Numbered from the stretch's first letter, positions 1-11,828 are shown. The stretch is 64,000 bases of DNA from an uncultured Pseudomonadota bacterium (GCA_903921785.1 CAIXRH010000025.1:55069-119068); one strand, 5' to 3'. The notes: a model not told the origin generated them from the sequence alone. Numbers and translations: made by a program.

Positions 1-768
1 GTGCTCGCGGATCGGCGGCCGGGAACCCTGAAGCTGGCCGCTTCGGCGCCCGGCTATCGCGCCCGGCCCGCGGAGTCGGTGTCCCTGGTCCGGGGCGTGC
101 AGACCCTGCGACTACGGCTGGAGTGGCTGCCGCGCCCCGTCTCCGTGCAGGTCACGGACGCCGGGGGCGCCCCGGTCGACGCAGAAGTGCGGGTGATCGG
201 CCCCGGCCGGGGAGCGCCCACGCGCTCCGGCGGCGACGCCGCACACTTCGAGCTCCTCCCTGGAACCTGGCAGATCCTCGCCAGCGCCAAGGGCTTCGGC
301 CCCTGGCGATCGGAGGTCGAGGTCGGCGCGGGCGTGGCGCCCGTGGTCGTGGTTGCGGCGCTGGCCGCCGAGAAGGTGGAGGTGACGCGGACGAGCGTGG
401 TGATCCGCGAACAGGTGCAATTCGCGTTCGACAAGGCGGACATCGAGCCGGGGAGCCACCCGCTGCTCGCCCAGGTGGCATCCACCCTGCTTCTGCACCC
501 CGAGATCCCCCGCATCGAGGTGCAGGGTCACACCGACACCCGCGGAACCGAAGTCTACAACCAGGATCTTTCGCAACGACGCGCCGAGGCCGTGCGCGCG
601 TACCTCGTCGGACAGGGCGTGGAACCGGGGCGGATCGAGGCCAGGGGCTACGGGGCCACCCGCCCGCTGGGCGACAACAACTCCGAGTCCGGACGGGCCA
701 AGAACCGGCGGGTGCAATTCGAGATCGTGTCGGGCAACAGCGAAGGTACCCAAGCCTCTCCTCCGTGA
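1..768 (+). CDS. OmpA-family outer-membrane/peptidoglycan-associated protein (5' end probably cut by window edge)
   Basis: C-terminal OmpA-like domain motifs (VQFAFDKADI, GHTDTRGTEVYNQDLSQRRAEAVRAYL, RAKNRRVQFEIV). The N-terminal part resembles carboxypeptidase-regulatory-like beta-sandwich repeats. The frame is open at position 1. Confidence 0.85.
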   Translation: MLADRRPGTLKLAASAPGYRARPAESVSLVRGVQTLRLRLEWLPRPVSVQVTDAGGAPVDAEVRVIGPGRGAPTRSGGDAAHFELLPGTWQILASAKGFGPWRSEVEVGAGVAPVVVVAALAAEKVEVTRTSVVIREQVQFAFDKADIEPGSHPLLAQVASTLLLHPEIPRIEVQGHTDTRGTEVYNQDLSQRRAEAVRAYLVGQGVEPGRIEARGYGATRPLGDNNSESGRAKNRRVQFEIVSGNSEGTQASPP

Positions 769-807
769 ACGTCCCGGTCCGGGTGCCGCGGTGCGCGCGG
801 CTCAAAA

Positions 808-3800
808 GTGACCTTCGGCGCGGTTGACGCTCGCGACCCGGTGCGGCACGTTGCCACACCGGAGCAACGGATGGAGAACGAGGACGCCGGCGGGGTGTTC
901 GGCAACCGCTGGAAGGTGCTCGATCTGCTCGGGGAGGGCGGCGGGGGGCGAGTGTGGCGCGTGCGCGACCTCGCAAACGGCGACGAAGCGGCGCTCAAAC
1001 AAGTCCGTGTCCAATCCGAGACCCAACGCGTTCGTTTCCGACGCGAGCTCGCGGCGCTTCAGGCGCTCCGGATTCCGGGGGTGGTCCGGCTCTTGGAGGT
1101 GGGGGAACACCGCGGCGAACCGTTCCTGGTGACCGAGCTTGTCCGCGGGCGACCCTTTCCGGGGATCTCCGGGCGTTGTTCCTGGTCCGAGCTCCGGGAG
1201 CCGACCCTCCGCCTGCTCGACACCGTGGCCCGAGTCCACGCGGCGGGCATCCTCCATCGGGACCTGAAACCAGCGAACGTGCTCGTCGACGAGGAGGGGC
1301 GGGTCACGATCCTCGACTTCGGCCTCGCCCGCGGAACGCGGGGAGACCAGACGGTGACCGGAGAGCGGCGTGCGGTGGGCACCCCCCGCTACCTCGCCCC
1401 CGAGCAGCTGGCCGGAAGCCAGGTGGATGCGCGAGCGGACCTGTATGCCGTCGGCGTGATGCTCTTCGATGCCCTCACGGGCACCGACCACCTTGAGTCG
1501 GCTTGGTTCGCGAGCACGCCCGCCACCGCGGGGTTTCCTCCCCTCAGCCAGCTGGAGAGGAGCGTCCCCGCGGAGGTGGCCGAGACGATCGACGCGCTGC
1601 TCCAGGACCGGCCGGCTGCGCGACCCGGGAACGCCGCGGAGGTCCGCCACCGGTTGGCCGGGGGGGAGGCCGAAGGGTTCGGACTGGTGGTGCCCGCGCT
1701 GGAGATCGGCGCGCTCCTGGACGACGTCGTCGCCGCGGTCCTCCAGGGTCAGCGCGTCTCGATCGCGGGCGGGCGCGGCCACGGCCGCAGCCGCTTCTGC
1801 CGAGAGCTCACGACACGACTGCTGAGCCAGGGCATCGCCTCGTGCACAGTGGGTGCCGGCCGACGTCCACTCACCTCGTTGCGTCCGGTCGTGGGCGAAG
1901 CGGCGTTCGCCGAGGGGCCTGTGGCCGCGGAGGCCGCGCTTCGGGCGCGCCTGGGCCGCGGCGAAGTGGTCGTGGTGGACGGCACGGACACGGTGGACGC
2001 ATGGTCGAAGCGGATGCTCGAGCGGGTCACAGACGTGGGCGTCGTCGTGAACGTGGGGGTGCGCGAGGCGGACCGGGAGCTCCGGCCACTGCCGCCCGCG
2101 GCGCTCCGGGCGCTGTTTGGTGGGATCGACCTTCTTTTCCATGTTGGGGAAGACGCCGCGGCGCTCCTGTATGCGCGCACCGATGGCGTGCCCGCCCGCG
2201 TCGTCCGCGAGCTCGACGCATGGCTGGCCGTCGGGCTCGCCCGACGGGAAGGCGGGCGGTTCATCCTTGATCGTGAGCAGATCGAGCAGCTCTCGAGCGC
2301 ACGCGTGCTCGCGCCCGAACCGGCGCGGGACGTCGATGACGAGCTCGACCCCGGGCTCATCGAGCTCCTCTCGTGGCTCGCCCTGGCCGGCGACGTCGGG
2401 ACGCCCGCGCTGGCCGAGGCCCTGGCCCTCCCCGTGTGGGAGGTGGAGGTGGGCGTGGAGGAGCTCTGCCGCGAAGGTCTGGCCCGACGACTCCCCAACG
2501 GAGACCTGAAGGCCATCGCCGCGGCTGGCTCGCTGCACACCTGGTCGGAGGAACAGCGGGTCTTCGCCCACGCCCGACTCGCCGCGGTCGCCCCGGCGGC
2601 AAGCGAAGCGCGCCTGGTGCAGCTGCTCGCCGCTGGCGACCTCCATGCTGCCGCGGCGTGCGCGATCGTGTGCGCACGCTCGATCCTCTCCGCGGGGCGC
2701 CCGGGCCGCGCCTTCGGGGTCATCCACCCGGTGCTCGCACGAGCGCTTCCGGTGCTCGACGACCCTGGCCCCCTGGCGTGCGCGTGCACGAACGTGGCGC
2801 TGGTGGACGGCGTGGGCGCCACCCTCCGAGCGATGCTCCTGACCCTGGAGCGCCACGAAGCCCGCGTGGATCCTGCTTTGTGCGCGCTCATCCGCTCGCA
2901 GTTGCTGGTGCATGCGGGCGAATACGAGGAGGCGCGGCGCCAGGCCCAGGCCCACGGGCCCCTCGCCGACCTCGATCTCGAGGGGATGCGGTACGCCATG
3001 CTGGTCCGATGTGCGAACCGGCTGGGCTACGAGTCCGCCGACGCGGTCATCGACGAGTTCGAGGCGCTTCATCCCCACAACCGTGATGTGGCGCGGCGCG
3101 TTGCCATCTGGCGCGGGCTCATGGCGTACTACCGGATGGAGTTCACCCGATCGGCTGAACATCACCGACGGGCGGAGTCGCTCGCGACCACGCCGGCCGA
3201 GCGCGCCCTGGCCCTGGGCAACCTCGGCGCCACCCTGCTGGAGCTGCCCGACCTCCCCGCCGCGGCTGCGTGCGCGGCGGAGTTGGAGGCCCTCGCCTCC
3301 GAGCTGCGACTCTCGCGGTTCGAAGCCATCGCGGTCACGACCGGGGCCCAGGCTCGGTACCGCGCGCGCCAACCGCTGGAGCTGCCAGAGGCGCTCCTCG
3401 AGGCCAGCGAGGTCGCGGGAGACGCCGTGCGCCATGCGAGCCTCTGCAACGTGATGGCCGCCACCGCGTACCGGGCCGGGGACCTCGACCGTGCCCGCCG
3501 ACTGAGCGCGGCCGCCATGAAGTGGACCCAGATCGGGAGTTGGCCGCCGGCGCTCGCCTTCTCAAGGTCGTTCCGAGTGCTCCTGCGTGCGCCCGACGCG
3601 GATGTCCATGAGGCGGTGGAGAGCGTGACGAGGGTCACGGCCACGACGGTTCGTGCGCAGTGTTTCGGGATGATCGCCGCTGTCGACCCGGCGGCCATCG
3701 CGCCGTACCGGGACGAGGTGGTGGCCACGGCCGCCGGCATGCCCTCACCCGAGATCTGGCGGGAGGTGATCAGCCCCGCCGAGATCCTCGAGTTCGCCTC

Positions 3801-3810
3801 CCGCGCCTGA
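808..3810 (+). CDS. Ser/Thr protein kinase (Hanks type) with ~700-aa C-terminal helical-repeat extension
   Basis: Kinase motifs GEGGGGRVWRV, AALK, HRDLKPANVLV, DFGLAR, GTPRYLAPEQ. The long C-terminal region has a degenerate P-loop-like GGRGHGRS and Ala/Leu-rich repeats. Track start is GTG 808; ATG 871 (MENEDAGG) is equally plausible. Confidence 0.85.
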   Translation: MTFGAVDARDPVRHVATPEQRMENEDAGGVFGNRWKVLDLLGEGGGGRVWRVRDLANGDEAALKQVRVQSETQRVRFRRELAALQALRIPGVVRLLEVGEHRGEPFLVTELVRGRPFPGISGRCSWSELREPTLRLLDTVARVHAAGILHRDLKPANVLVDEEGRVTILDFGLARGTRGDQTVTGERRAVGTPRYLAPEQLAGSQVDARADLYAVGVMLFDALTGTDHLESAWFASTPATAGFPPLSQLERSVPAEVAETIDALLQDRPAARPGNAAEVRHRLAGGEAEGFGLVVPALEIGALLDDVVAAVLQGQRVSIAGGRGHGRSRFCRELTTRLLSQGIASCTVGAGRRPLTSLRPVVGEAAFAEGPVAAEAALRARLGRGEVVVVDGTDTVDAWSKRMLERVTDVGVVVNVGVREADRELRPLPPAALRALFGGIDLLFHVGEDAAALLYARTDGVPARVVRELDAWLAVGLARREGGRFILDREQIEQLSSARVLAPEPARDVDDELDPGLIELLSWLALAGDVGTPALAEALALPVWEVEVGVEELCREGLARRLPNGDLKAIAAAGSLHTWSEEQRVFAHARLAAVAPAASEARLVQLLAAGDLHAAAACAIVCARSILSAGRPGRAFGVIHPVLARALPVLDDPGPLACACTNVALVDGVGATLRAMLLTLERHEARVDPALCALIRSQLLVHAGEYEEARRQAQAHGPLADLDLEGMRYAMLVRCANRLGYESADAVIDEFEALHPHNRDVARRVAIWRGLMAYYRMEFTRSAEHHRRAESLATTPAERALALGNLGATLLELPDLPAAAACAAELEALASELRLSRFEAIAVTTGAQARYRARQPLELPEALLEASEVAGDAVRHASLCNVMAATAYRAGDLDRARRLSAAAMKWTQIGSWPPALAFSRSFRVLLRAPDADVHEAVESVTRVTATTVRAQCFGMIAAVDPAAIAPYRDEVVATAAGMPSPEIWREVISPAEILEFASRA

Positions 3811-3812
3811 GC

Positions 3813-4577
3813 CTACTTCGTGCCGACGGCCACGCCGAAGAGCATGTGGTCGACGATCTTGTCGCCGACGCTCACCGCGTGCAGCTTCGCGAACTCGGGG
3901 GTCGCGGTGCGGTAGACGGCCCGGATGCCTTCGCGGGCCGTCTCGGTGATCGCGCCGGTGTCGGACCAAACGTCGACGTCCTCGACGCTGATCCAGTCGT
4001 GCACCACGACCGAGCTGGCGCCGCCCTGCGAGAGGAGGCTCGCGAGGTCCTCGCGCAGGTAGAAGTTACGCCGGGCCTCGTTCCGGAGGCGCAGGATCTC
4101 GAAGTACTCGACCTTGTCGGCCTCGCCGTACGCACAGAGGTGCACGAGGCACACCCGGCCACCGGGGCGGAGCACACGGAACATCTCCTTCACCGCCTGC
4201 TTGTCCTTCATGAACTGGGTGCCCTGACGGCACACCACGAGGTCGAAGCTGGCGTCGGGGAACGGGAGGGCCTCGGCGGGGCCCTCCATGAACTCATCGA
4301 CGTAGGCGGAGGCCTGCTCGGCCATGGCTCGCGTGATGTCGACCCCGACGATCTTGGCGACCTTGCCCTTGAAGTGTTTGCTGACCATGCCGGTGCCACA
4401 GGCGATGTCGAGCAGGACGTCGGTCGGCTTGGGGGCCAGCGCCTTGACGGTGAACGCGCCGAGCTCCGGGTCGTCGACCCAGTGGCTGGACCGGTTGTAC
4501 TTGGGGGCACGCGCGGTGAAGTGGGCGTGGACGAGGGCGTCGATGGCCATGGGCGCTCCAGGGGTAAGCGGCGCCAC
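3813..4577 (-). CDS. class I SAM-dependent methyltransferase
   Basis: SAM-binding motif I LLDIACGTGMV, then VGVDITRAM and FDLVVCRQGTQF; about 250 aa, typical size. Confidence 0.85.
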   Translation of the reverse strand: MAPLTPGAPMAIDALVHAHFTARAPKYNRSSHWVDDPELGAFTVKALAPKPTDVLLDIACGTGMVSKHFKGKVAKIVGVDITRAMAEQASAYVDEFMEGPAEALPFPDASFDLVVCRQGTQFMKDKQAVKEMFRVLRPGGRVCLVHLCAYGEADKVEYFEILRLRNEARRNFYLREDLASLLSQGGASSVVVHDWISVEDVDVWSDTGAITETAREGIRAVYRTATPEFAKLHAVSVGDKIVDHMLFGVAVGTK

Positions 4578-4631
4578 CTGCTACCCCGTTTGTCCCGAGC
4601 CTGCCCACACCGGACGCGCTAGGCACTCCCG

Positions 4632-4985
4632 ATGCTCCTCGTGTACGGCATCCCCTCCTGTGGCACCGTGAAGAAGGCCCGCGCGTGGTTGGACGCGGCG
4701 AAGCGCCCCTACCGCTTCGTGGACCTCCGCGAGACGCCCCCCGCGCGCGCCCAGGTGGAAGCCTGGGTCGCGGCGTTCGGCACCAAGGCGTTGCGCAACA
4801 CCTCCGGCGGCAGCTACCGGGCGCTCGGCGCCGAGAAGGACGGCTGGTCGGACAAGCAGTGGACCGACGCCTTCGCCGCCGACCCGATGCTCATCAAGCG
4901 CCCCGTCGTGGAGCGCGGCGGCGCGCCGTGCTTCGTTGGCTGGACGCTCTCGGACGCGGAGCTGGCCGCCCGGCTCGGCGGGTGA
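4632..4985 (+). CDS. ArsC/Spx-family (YffB-like) redox protein
   Basis: N-terminus MLLVYGIPSCGTVKKARAWLD with the single conserved Cys, 117 aa, KRPVV near the C-terminus; typical ArsC-family fold signature. Confidence 0.8.
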   Translation: MLLVYGIPSCGTVKKARAWLDAAKRPYRFVDLRETPPARAQVEAWVAAFGTKALRNTSGGSYRALGAEKDGWSDKQWTDAFAADPMLIKRPVVERGGAPCFVGWTLSDAELAARLGG

Positions 4986-5243
4986 CCCAAGCCGAATTCC
5001 TGGGCGACCCCGCGGCCCCTGAAGCTTGGCCTCCAGCGCAAAATCCATAGGCCAAACCTACAGAATCGACAGGAGCCATGGCGATTCCCCGCCCTCCGCT
5101 CCGCGAAGCCACGCACCCGGGGCCCCGGGAGGGGCCGGCGGCAGGTGCCGCTCAACGGCTCCCGCGACTCCCGTCCCCTGAACCTGCCGATCGGCTGACT
5201 CGCCCCCGCCACTCCAGGGCTGCGACGGCCAGCCGGACGTCGC

Positions 5244-7055
<1,812 letters not shown>

Positions 7056-7124
7056 GACGGCGCTCCAGAGGGGGGCCGCCGTTTCACCCGGCGCCGGCCG
7101 ACGCGCAAGCGCGACCGTGCGCTT

Positions 7125-8699
7125 TCAGAAGTTCGGGAAGGCGTAGGTGAGCGTGAGCGGGTCCCCGTCGAAGGGCGGGAACTGGATCGCCTTGACCGCG
7201 GAGGACAAACAACTGTCGAAGTCGGTACCCTGCCACTCACCGGAGGGGATCTTGGCCGAAGAGACCGTGCCCGCGGGCTGGACGGTCATCTTCATCCGCA
7301 CGTTGCTCGGCAGCGTGTCGGAGGCCTTCTTCTCCTTGATGTAGCAGAGCTTCACGCCCTTGTTGCTGGTGATCATCGTGTCGATCACGCGCGTGTCGAG
7401 CGAGGTGGCCTTCGGCTTGGTGTCCTCGGGGGGCGGCGTGGTCGTCTTGCTCTTGCTGGAGCTGGACGAGGTGCTGTCCGACTTCGGGGGGATGCGCTCG
7501 GGCGAGCGGCTGGAGCTGCTGGACACGACCGGCTTTTCGACTGGCTTTTCGACGGGCTTCGTCGCCACAGGGGCGGGCGTCGGCGCGGGCGCCGGGGTGG
7601 GCTCAGGAGCGGGCGTCGGCGCGACCTCCACGGGGGGCGCGGGCGTGGGCTCCATCGGCGGGGCGACCTCGGTGGGCGCGGGGGCCGGCGGGGGCGTGGG
7701 GACGGGCGCGGGCGCCGGGGCTGGCGCCGCGGGCGGGTTGTTCTTGGCCACCACCGGCGCCTCCGCCGCGCCACCGAAGAAGCTCACGGCCGCGAAGTGT
7801 GCCACCGCGAAGATGGCTGCGAGGATGAACCCGCCGCCACCACCGAGGATCGCGCTGCCCGGGCGCGTGCCACGCCCGCCGATGAGCACGATGAGCAGCG
7901 CGCCGACGACGCCGAACACGGTGAGGAACGTGCCGACAACCCCCAGGGCGTTCTGCTGGAGGAAAGGGAGCGCGTTGACGACCGGGATGAACGTGCCGAA
8001 GAGCGCCGCGACCAACAACAGGGCGACGACCGTGAAGTCCCCACGGGGATCATGGGCGGCGCGCGCGGCAGGCGCCGACGCGGGGACGATCGGCGGAGGC
8101 GGCGCGGGCGGGGTGATCTCCACCGGCTTGGGGGCGGCGGGCGGCGCCGCGACGACCGCGGGGGGCGTCGGCTCCGGTGCCGACGGCACGGGGGCGAGGG
8201 GCGCGGGCGCCACGGGGGCCGGAGGGGCCGCGGCCGTGGGGACGTAGGGCGGCGGCAGCTGCCGGGCGCCCTGCACCGCGCTCGGCGCCGGGGCGTAGGC
8301 CGGACGGGGCTCCGGCGGCGGCTGGATCAAGGTGGACCGATCGCCGCTCGGCTCCGGCACCGGCTCAAGCGGCCGCAACGCCGCATCATCCCGGGGGACG
8401 GTGGACTCGTGCGAAGAATTGTCCGGAGAGACCTGGGTGGGCCGGGGATCCATGCTGCCATCGTCGGGGGCGGCGCTGACGCGGCCGCGCGCCTGGCGCT
8501 CGAGCTCGGCGGCGCTGGTGATCAGGGTCCGCTCTTCGCCCTCCGCGGCGGGCGCGGCGGGGGCGGCGGGGGTCTCGACGATCCGCTGGATCACGATCGT
8601 GTTGCCACACTTCCGACAGGTCGCCTTGTTGACCTCCCGGGTGAGCTTGGAGTCCGGAATCTTATAGGAAGCACCGCAGTTGTCGCAGACGACGCGCAT
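7125..8699 (-). CDS. zinc-ribbon protein with Pro-rich linkers, membrane segments and AgmX/PglI-like (TonB-C-like) C-terminal domain
   Basis: N-terminus [19 protein letters not shown]...[10 protein letters not shown] is an MJ0042-type zinc ribbon. Hydrophobic stretches ([20 protein letters not shown]) are flanked by Pro/Ala-rich linkers containing [11 protein letters not shown]. The C-terminal domain ends ...[24 protein letters not shown]. The track ORF runs to 9281, but that 194-aa extension is R/G-rich and overlaps the next gene, so ATG 8699 was chosen. Confidence 0.7.
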   Translation of the reverse strand: MRVVCDNCGASYKIPDSKLTREVNKATCRKCGNTIVIQRIVETPAAPAAPAAEGEERTLITSAAELERQARGRVSAAPDDGSMDPRPTQVSPDNSSHESTVPRDDAALRPLEPVPEPSGDRSTLIQPPPEPRPAYAPAPSAVQGARQLPPPYVPTAAAPPAPVAPAPLAPVPSAPEPTPPAVVAAPPAAPKPVEITPPAPPPPIVPASAPAARAAHDPRGDFTVVALLLVAALFGTFIPVVNALPFLQQNALGVVGTFLTVFGVVGALLIVLIGGRGTRPGSAILGGGGGFILAAIFAVAHFAAVSFFGGAAEAPVVAKNNPPAAPAPAPAPVPTPPPAPAPTEVAPPMEPTPAPPVEVAPTPAPEPTPAPAPTPAPVATKPVEKPVEKPVVSSSSSRSPERIPPKSDSTSSSSSKSKTTTPPPEDTKPKATSLDTRVIDTMITSNKGVKLCYIKEKKASDTLPSNVRMKMTVQPAGTVSSAKIPSGEWQGTDFDSCLSSAVKAIQFPPFDGDPLTLTYAFPNF

Positions 8700-8755
8700 G
8701 GCTTTGTTCCCGAAGGGGTGACGACCGCCGAACCTACGGGTTCGGGGCCCATTTG

Positions 8756-9856
8756 TCAATCTGTGGAGACCGTCACAGAATAGTGAGCATCCTCGCGGAC
8801 GACGACGACGGGCGCGGGCTCCGCGAGCACCACGCCGAGGGCGGTACCGCCCCCCGCGACCCCGACGATCGCGGTCCAGAACCACCACCGGGAGGTCACG
8901 GGCCGGTTGGGGTCCTCCGAAGGGCGAACCTCCCGGATCGTCACCGGCTTGTCCGACCTGGCTTGCGACTGGACCCGCGCCGGCGCGCGCGGCTCCACGG
9001 CCGGGCGGCGGGGCGCCTCGACCGGTGGTTCGGCTTCGTCGGGCTCGTCCGGGGCCTCGGGTTCGTACGCAGGCACCTCGGCCGCGGCGACCGGGCGCGG
9101 GCGCGCCGCGCTGCCGCCGTGCGTGGCGCGCTCGACCCGCTCGGCGAGGCCTGTCCACTCGGCCGCCGCCGCGTCGACCGGCAGCGGAACGATCGCGTCC
9201 ACCTCCCAGTCGGCGCCGTCGCCCCCGAGCACGTGCAAGGTCACGGCGCCCGAGCCGTCGATCACGCCGGCCACCACCCACTCCGGCGCGGCGGCGCGGA
9301 AGGTGGCGTCGACCACGTCGCCGTCGACCTGCCAGGCTTCCTTCGCGAGCCCGCCTTCGATCTCCGCGAGCATGCGGCTGGCGGTGCCGGTGGCGCCCCG
9401 CCCACGGCTCCGCGCATACCCAGGCCAGAGCTGGGCGACCCCGGCGAGGTCCTCACGGGCATGGAGGGTGTCGCCGGCACGAAGGCGGGTCTCGGCGAGG
9501 AGCCACAACACGTCGGCAAGCTCGCCACGACGCGCCGTGGCCGACCCGGCGGCCAGGTGCAGGGTGACGGCCTGGGACAACGAGGCGACGGACCCGGTGA
9601 GGTCGCCCTTTCCGGCGGCGGCCCGTCCGGACGCGAGCAGCTCGCGGGCGCGCCGAAGGTCGGCTTCGTGGCCGGCGGTGAGCGCGGACGCCAGCTCGGT
9701 CGCCCGGGGGATGTCGTGCGCGCCCTCGGCGGTCAGCGCATCGCGGATGGCCTCGGTGGCCGCATCGGCGCTCTCGGCGTTCACCCCGCGCGCGTCGAGC
9801 GGGAGGACCACGAGGGTGGAGGCGGCGGCGATGGCAAGAAGGTAGACCAGGGGCAT
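8756..9856 (-). CDS. hypothetical secreted protein with C-terminal membrane anchor
   Basis: N-terminal signal-like MPLVYLLAIAAASTLVVL, helical Ala/Leu-rich middle, Pro/Glu-rich linker, C-terminal TM WWFWTAIVGVAGGGTALGVVLA. No family recognised. Same strand as, and 56 bp upstream of, the zinc-ribbon gene. Confidence 0.5.
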   Translation of the reverse strand: MPLVYLLAIAAASTLVVLPLDARGVNAESADAATEAIRDALTAEGAHDIPRATELASALTAGHEADLRRARELLASGRAAAGKGDLTGSVASLSQAVTLHLAAGSATARRGELADVLWLLAETRLRAGDTLHAREDLAGVAQLWPGYARSRGRGATGTASRMLAEIEGGLAKEAWQVDGDVVDATFRAAAPEWVVAGVIDGSGAVTLHVLGGDGADWEVDAIVPLPVDAAAAEWTGLAERVERATHGGSAARPRPVAAAEVPAYEPEAPDEPDEAEPPVEAPRRPAVEPRAPARVQSQARSDKPVTIREVRPSEDPNRPVTSRWWFWTAIVGVAGGGTALGVVLAEPAPVVVVREDAHYSVTVSTD

Positions 9857-9922
9857 GGCGCGGCGGAACGGAGGGGACGGACAGAGCTTACGCCTTTCCG
9901 CCGGCCCGCGCTAAGCTGCCGG

Positions 9923-10576
9923 ATGCTGCTGCTCCTCCTCGGCTGCGTCCCAGCCGGCGTGTACGGCCTCCGCTTCGACGGCTCGATGCCCGTGAACAGC
10001 GAGTTCGCCGCGGTGGGGGGCGTGTTCCCGGGCTCCACCGGGAAGGATCTCCCGCTCGGCGACACCCTGGTCACCGGGCTGCAGGTTCGGCAGCGGGTCA
10101 CGCGGGACGTGGCGGTGGAGGTGGCGGGTGGCGTCGCGCCCGCCTCGGGGGAGGACGCCCTGGCCGGCTCCGTAGAGATCGAGGTTCAGGGGCGCATCCT
10201 CCGCGACGCGCCGGTCACCGTGAGCCTCACCGGCGGCCTGAACGCCTACGGCCAGGTGGACGCCGACAGCCTCATGTTCGGCGCGGACGTGGGCGCGGTG
10301 GTCTCCCGGGGCCTCCCCGGCGATCTCCGCCCGTTCGCGGCGGTGAAGCTCAACCCGATGTACGCGCCCGGCGACGGGATCTACCCCTGGTTCCAGTACG
10401 GTGGCGGCCTGAGCTGGCGCCCGGAGCTCGTGGAGGGGACCCGCGGACTCGTGGCGTTGGAGGCCAGCGGTTACCACGGCTTCGGGGCGAACGTGCTCGA
10501 CGACACCGACATCGTGACGTGGGGGGTGATGATGCAGCTCGGCGCGAGCTTCGGATCGGGGCGCAGCCAGGAGTGA
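9923..10576 (+). CDS. hypothetical lipoprotein, possibly small beta-barrel
   Basis: Internal ATG at 9923 gives MLLLLLGCVPAG (lipobox LLGC). The rest shows an alternating beta-strand-like pattern. The upstream part of track ORF 8753-10576 is antisense to 8756-9856 and R/G-rich. Confidence 0.5.
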   Translation: MLLLLLGCVPAGVYGLRFDGSMPVNSEFAAVGGVFPGSTGKDLPLGDTLVTGLQVRQRVTRDVAVEVAGGVAPASGEDALAGSVEIEVQGRILRDAPVTVSLTGGLNAYGQVDADSLMFGADVGAVVSRGLPGDLRPFAAVKLNPMYAPGDGIYPWFQYGGGLSWRPELVEGTRGLVALEASGYHGFGANVLDDTDIVTWGVMMQLGASFGSGRSQE

Positions 10577-10600
10577 GCGGGGACGATCAGCGGCGCCGAC

Positions 10601-10627
10601 TTGACGCTCACCGATCGGGGGTATACA
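10601..10627 (+). promoter_or_regulatory. possible sigma70-type promoter of the tRNA cluster
   Basis: TTGACG (10601-10606) and TATACA (10622-10627) lie about 18 nt upstream of the first tRNA. The spacer is only 15 nt, so this is weak. Confidence 0.3.
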
Positions 10628-10644
10628 AGGCGTCGCGCCTCTTC

Positions 10645-10731
10645 GGAGGTGTGGCCGAGTGGTTGAAGGCAGCGGTCTTGAAAACCGCCGCCCTCGAAAG
10701 GGGGCCGTGGGTTCGAATCCCACCACCTCCG
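10645..10731 (+). tRNA. tRNA-Ser (anticodon TGA)
   Basis: Cloverleaf by eye: acceptor GGAGGTG/CACCTCC, anticodon loop CTTGAAA, long variable arm, T-loop GGTTCGAATCC. CCA is not encoded. Confidence 0.9.
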
Positions 10732-10752
10732 CATCAGCATTGGCAAACCTTC

Positions 10753-10842
10753 GGAGACGTGACCGAGTGGCCGAAGGTACACGCTTGCTAAGCGTGCGCA
10801 CCCGAAAGGGTGCCGAGGGTTCAAATCCCTCCGTCTCCGCCA
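10753..10842 (+). tRNA. tRNA-Ser (anticodon GCT)
   Basis: Acceptor GGAGACG/CGTCTCC, anticodon stem CACGC/GCGTG with loop TTGCTAA, long variable arm, T-loop GGTTCAAATCC, encoded CCA. Confidence 0.9.
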
Positions 10843-10863
10843 GCTCGAAGTTCTCAGCTTCAA

Positions 10864-10940
10864 GCACCCATAGCTCAACTGGATAGAGCATCTGACTACG
10901 GATCAGAAGGTTGGAGGTTCGACTCCTTCTGGGTGCGCCA
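10864..10940 (+). tRNA. tRNA-Arg (anticodon ACG)
   Basis: Acceptor GCACCCA/TGGGTGC, D-arm AGCTCAACTGGATAGAGC, anticodon stem TCTGA/TCAGA with loop CTACGGA, T-loop GGTTCGACTCC, encoded CCA. Confidence 0.9.
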
Positions 10941-10948
10941 TACAAGTC

Positions 10949-10992
10949 GACCGGCAGTTTCCTCACGGGGACTGCCGGTCTTCTTCGTTTTT
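10949..10992 (+). terminator. intrinsic terminator after the tRNA cluster
   Basis: Perfect 10-bp stem GACCGGCAGT / ACTGCCGGTC (10949-10958 / 10971-10980), followed by TTCTTCGTTTTT. Confidence 0.8.
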
Positions 10993-11120
10993 GGCTCCGG
11001 CCTCAGCCGGAGCCCGCCGTCGTGGGCCGCGTCCGTCGCCGGGTCCCGCACGAAGGCGAGGCGGTACAGCGGGGCGCCGGTTCGGCACTCTGCGCGTCGT
11101 CAACCGGTTCGCCTGACGGC

Positions 11121-11828
11121 TCACCGACAGCTCGCCCCTCCCGCCGCCCACCTCGCCACGAGCACCACCTCCCCGACGGCCCGATCCACGAGGTAGTTCG
11201 CGCCGAAGACGTCCCAGCAGAGGACGACCGGGTCGTCCGCCCCCCAGTGGGCCGCACGCGCCGCGTCCGCCGGGGCGACCTCTGCCTGAAACGCCTCCAG
11301 GCCGAGGCGCTCCGGCGCACGGAGGGTGTAGCAGCCGGCTCCCTGCGCCGTCCCCAGCCGATAGGACGGCGACGGATCCGGAGGCTCCGACGCCCCGCCG
11401 CCGCCGGAAACAGAGCGCAAGCACGACGGCGAGCAGGCGTTCCCTTCCAGGCGCACGGCCTGCACCCGGTGCTCCGCGTCGAGCGTGACCGCGGCGCTGC
11501 AGTGACGCACCGTGCCCGGCCCGGCCGCGGCCGCCTCCGCCGCGGAGACGGGCGTCCCCGGGTACCGCCACCGATGAAGCGGATCCACCGCGAACGACCG
11601 CTCCACCTGGACCTCCACGGGACCCGGCGGCAGCTCGTCCGTGGCCCCCCAGACGGCGAGTACGGCCTCCACCGCCTGACCCACCCAGTAGTCCCCGAGC
11701 CGCTGCTGCTCATCCGGAGTGGCCGCCTGGTTCACCAGGAAAACGCTGCTCTGGTGCGGCGCACATCCGGCCGCAAACACCGCGAGCACCCCGCAGAGCG
11801 CTCCAGCCCAGGCCACCCCCCGCGTCAC
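11121..11828 (-). CDS. hypothetical lipoprotein
   Basis: GTG 11828 gives VTRGVAWAGALCGVLAVFAAGCAPH (lipobox AAGC). The start overlaps the rnhA stop as GTGA. The region of track ORF 11121-12827 upstream of 11828 is antisense-like R/G-rich. No family recognised. Confidence 0.55.
   Translation of the reverse strand: MTRGVAWAGALCGVLAVFAAGCAPHQSSVFLVNQAATPDEQQRLGDYWVGQAVEAVLAVWGATDELPPGPVEVQVERSFAVDPLHRWRYPGTPVSAAEAAAAGPGTVRHCSAAVTLDAEHRVQAVRLEGNACSPSCLRSVSGGGGASEPPDPSPSYRLGTAQGAGCYTLRAPERLGLEAFQAEVAPADAARAAHWGADDPVVLCWDVFGANYLVDRAVGEVVLVARWAAGGASCR

Noticed and set aside
802-3435. 877-aa minus-strand ORF
   Set aside because: Antisense to the Ser/Thr kinase gene; R/G/E/P-rich translation with no motifs.
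4986-5243. 258-bp gap between convergent arsC-like and typA genes with a lower-GC core (about 5030-5080), considered as an sRNA or terminator
   Set aside because: I could not find a convincing stem-loop with a T-tract, a promoter-like pair or a repeat. Nothing supportable without expression or covariation data.
10645-10940. tRNA Ser-Ser-Arg cluster as a possible island integration site
   Set aside because: No duplicate of a tRNA 3' end occurs downstream in the window. A clean terminator follows, and the neighbouring genes (lipoprotein, rnhA, dapD) look like core genes. The only att-like duplication in the window is at the hydantoinase gene.
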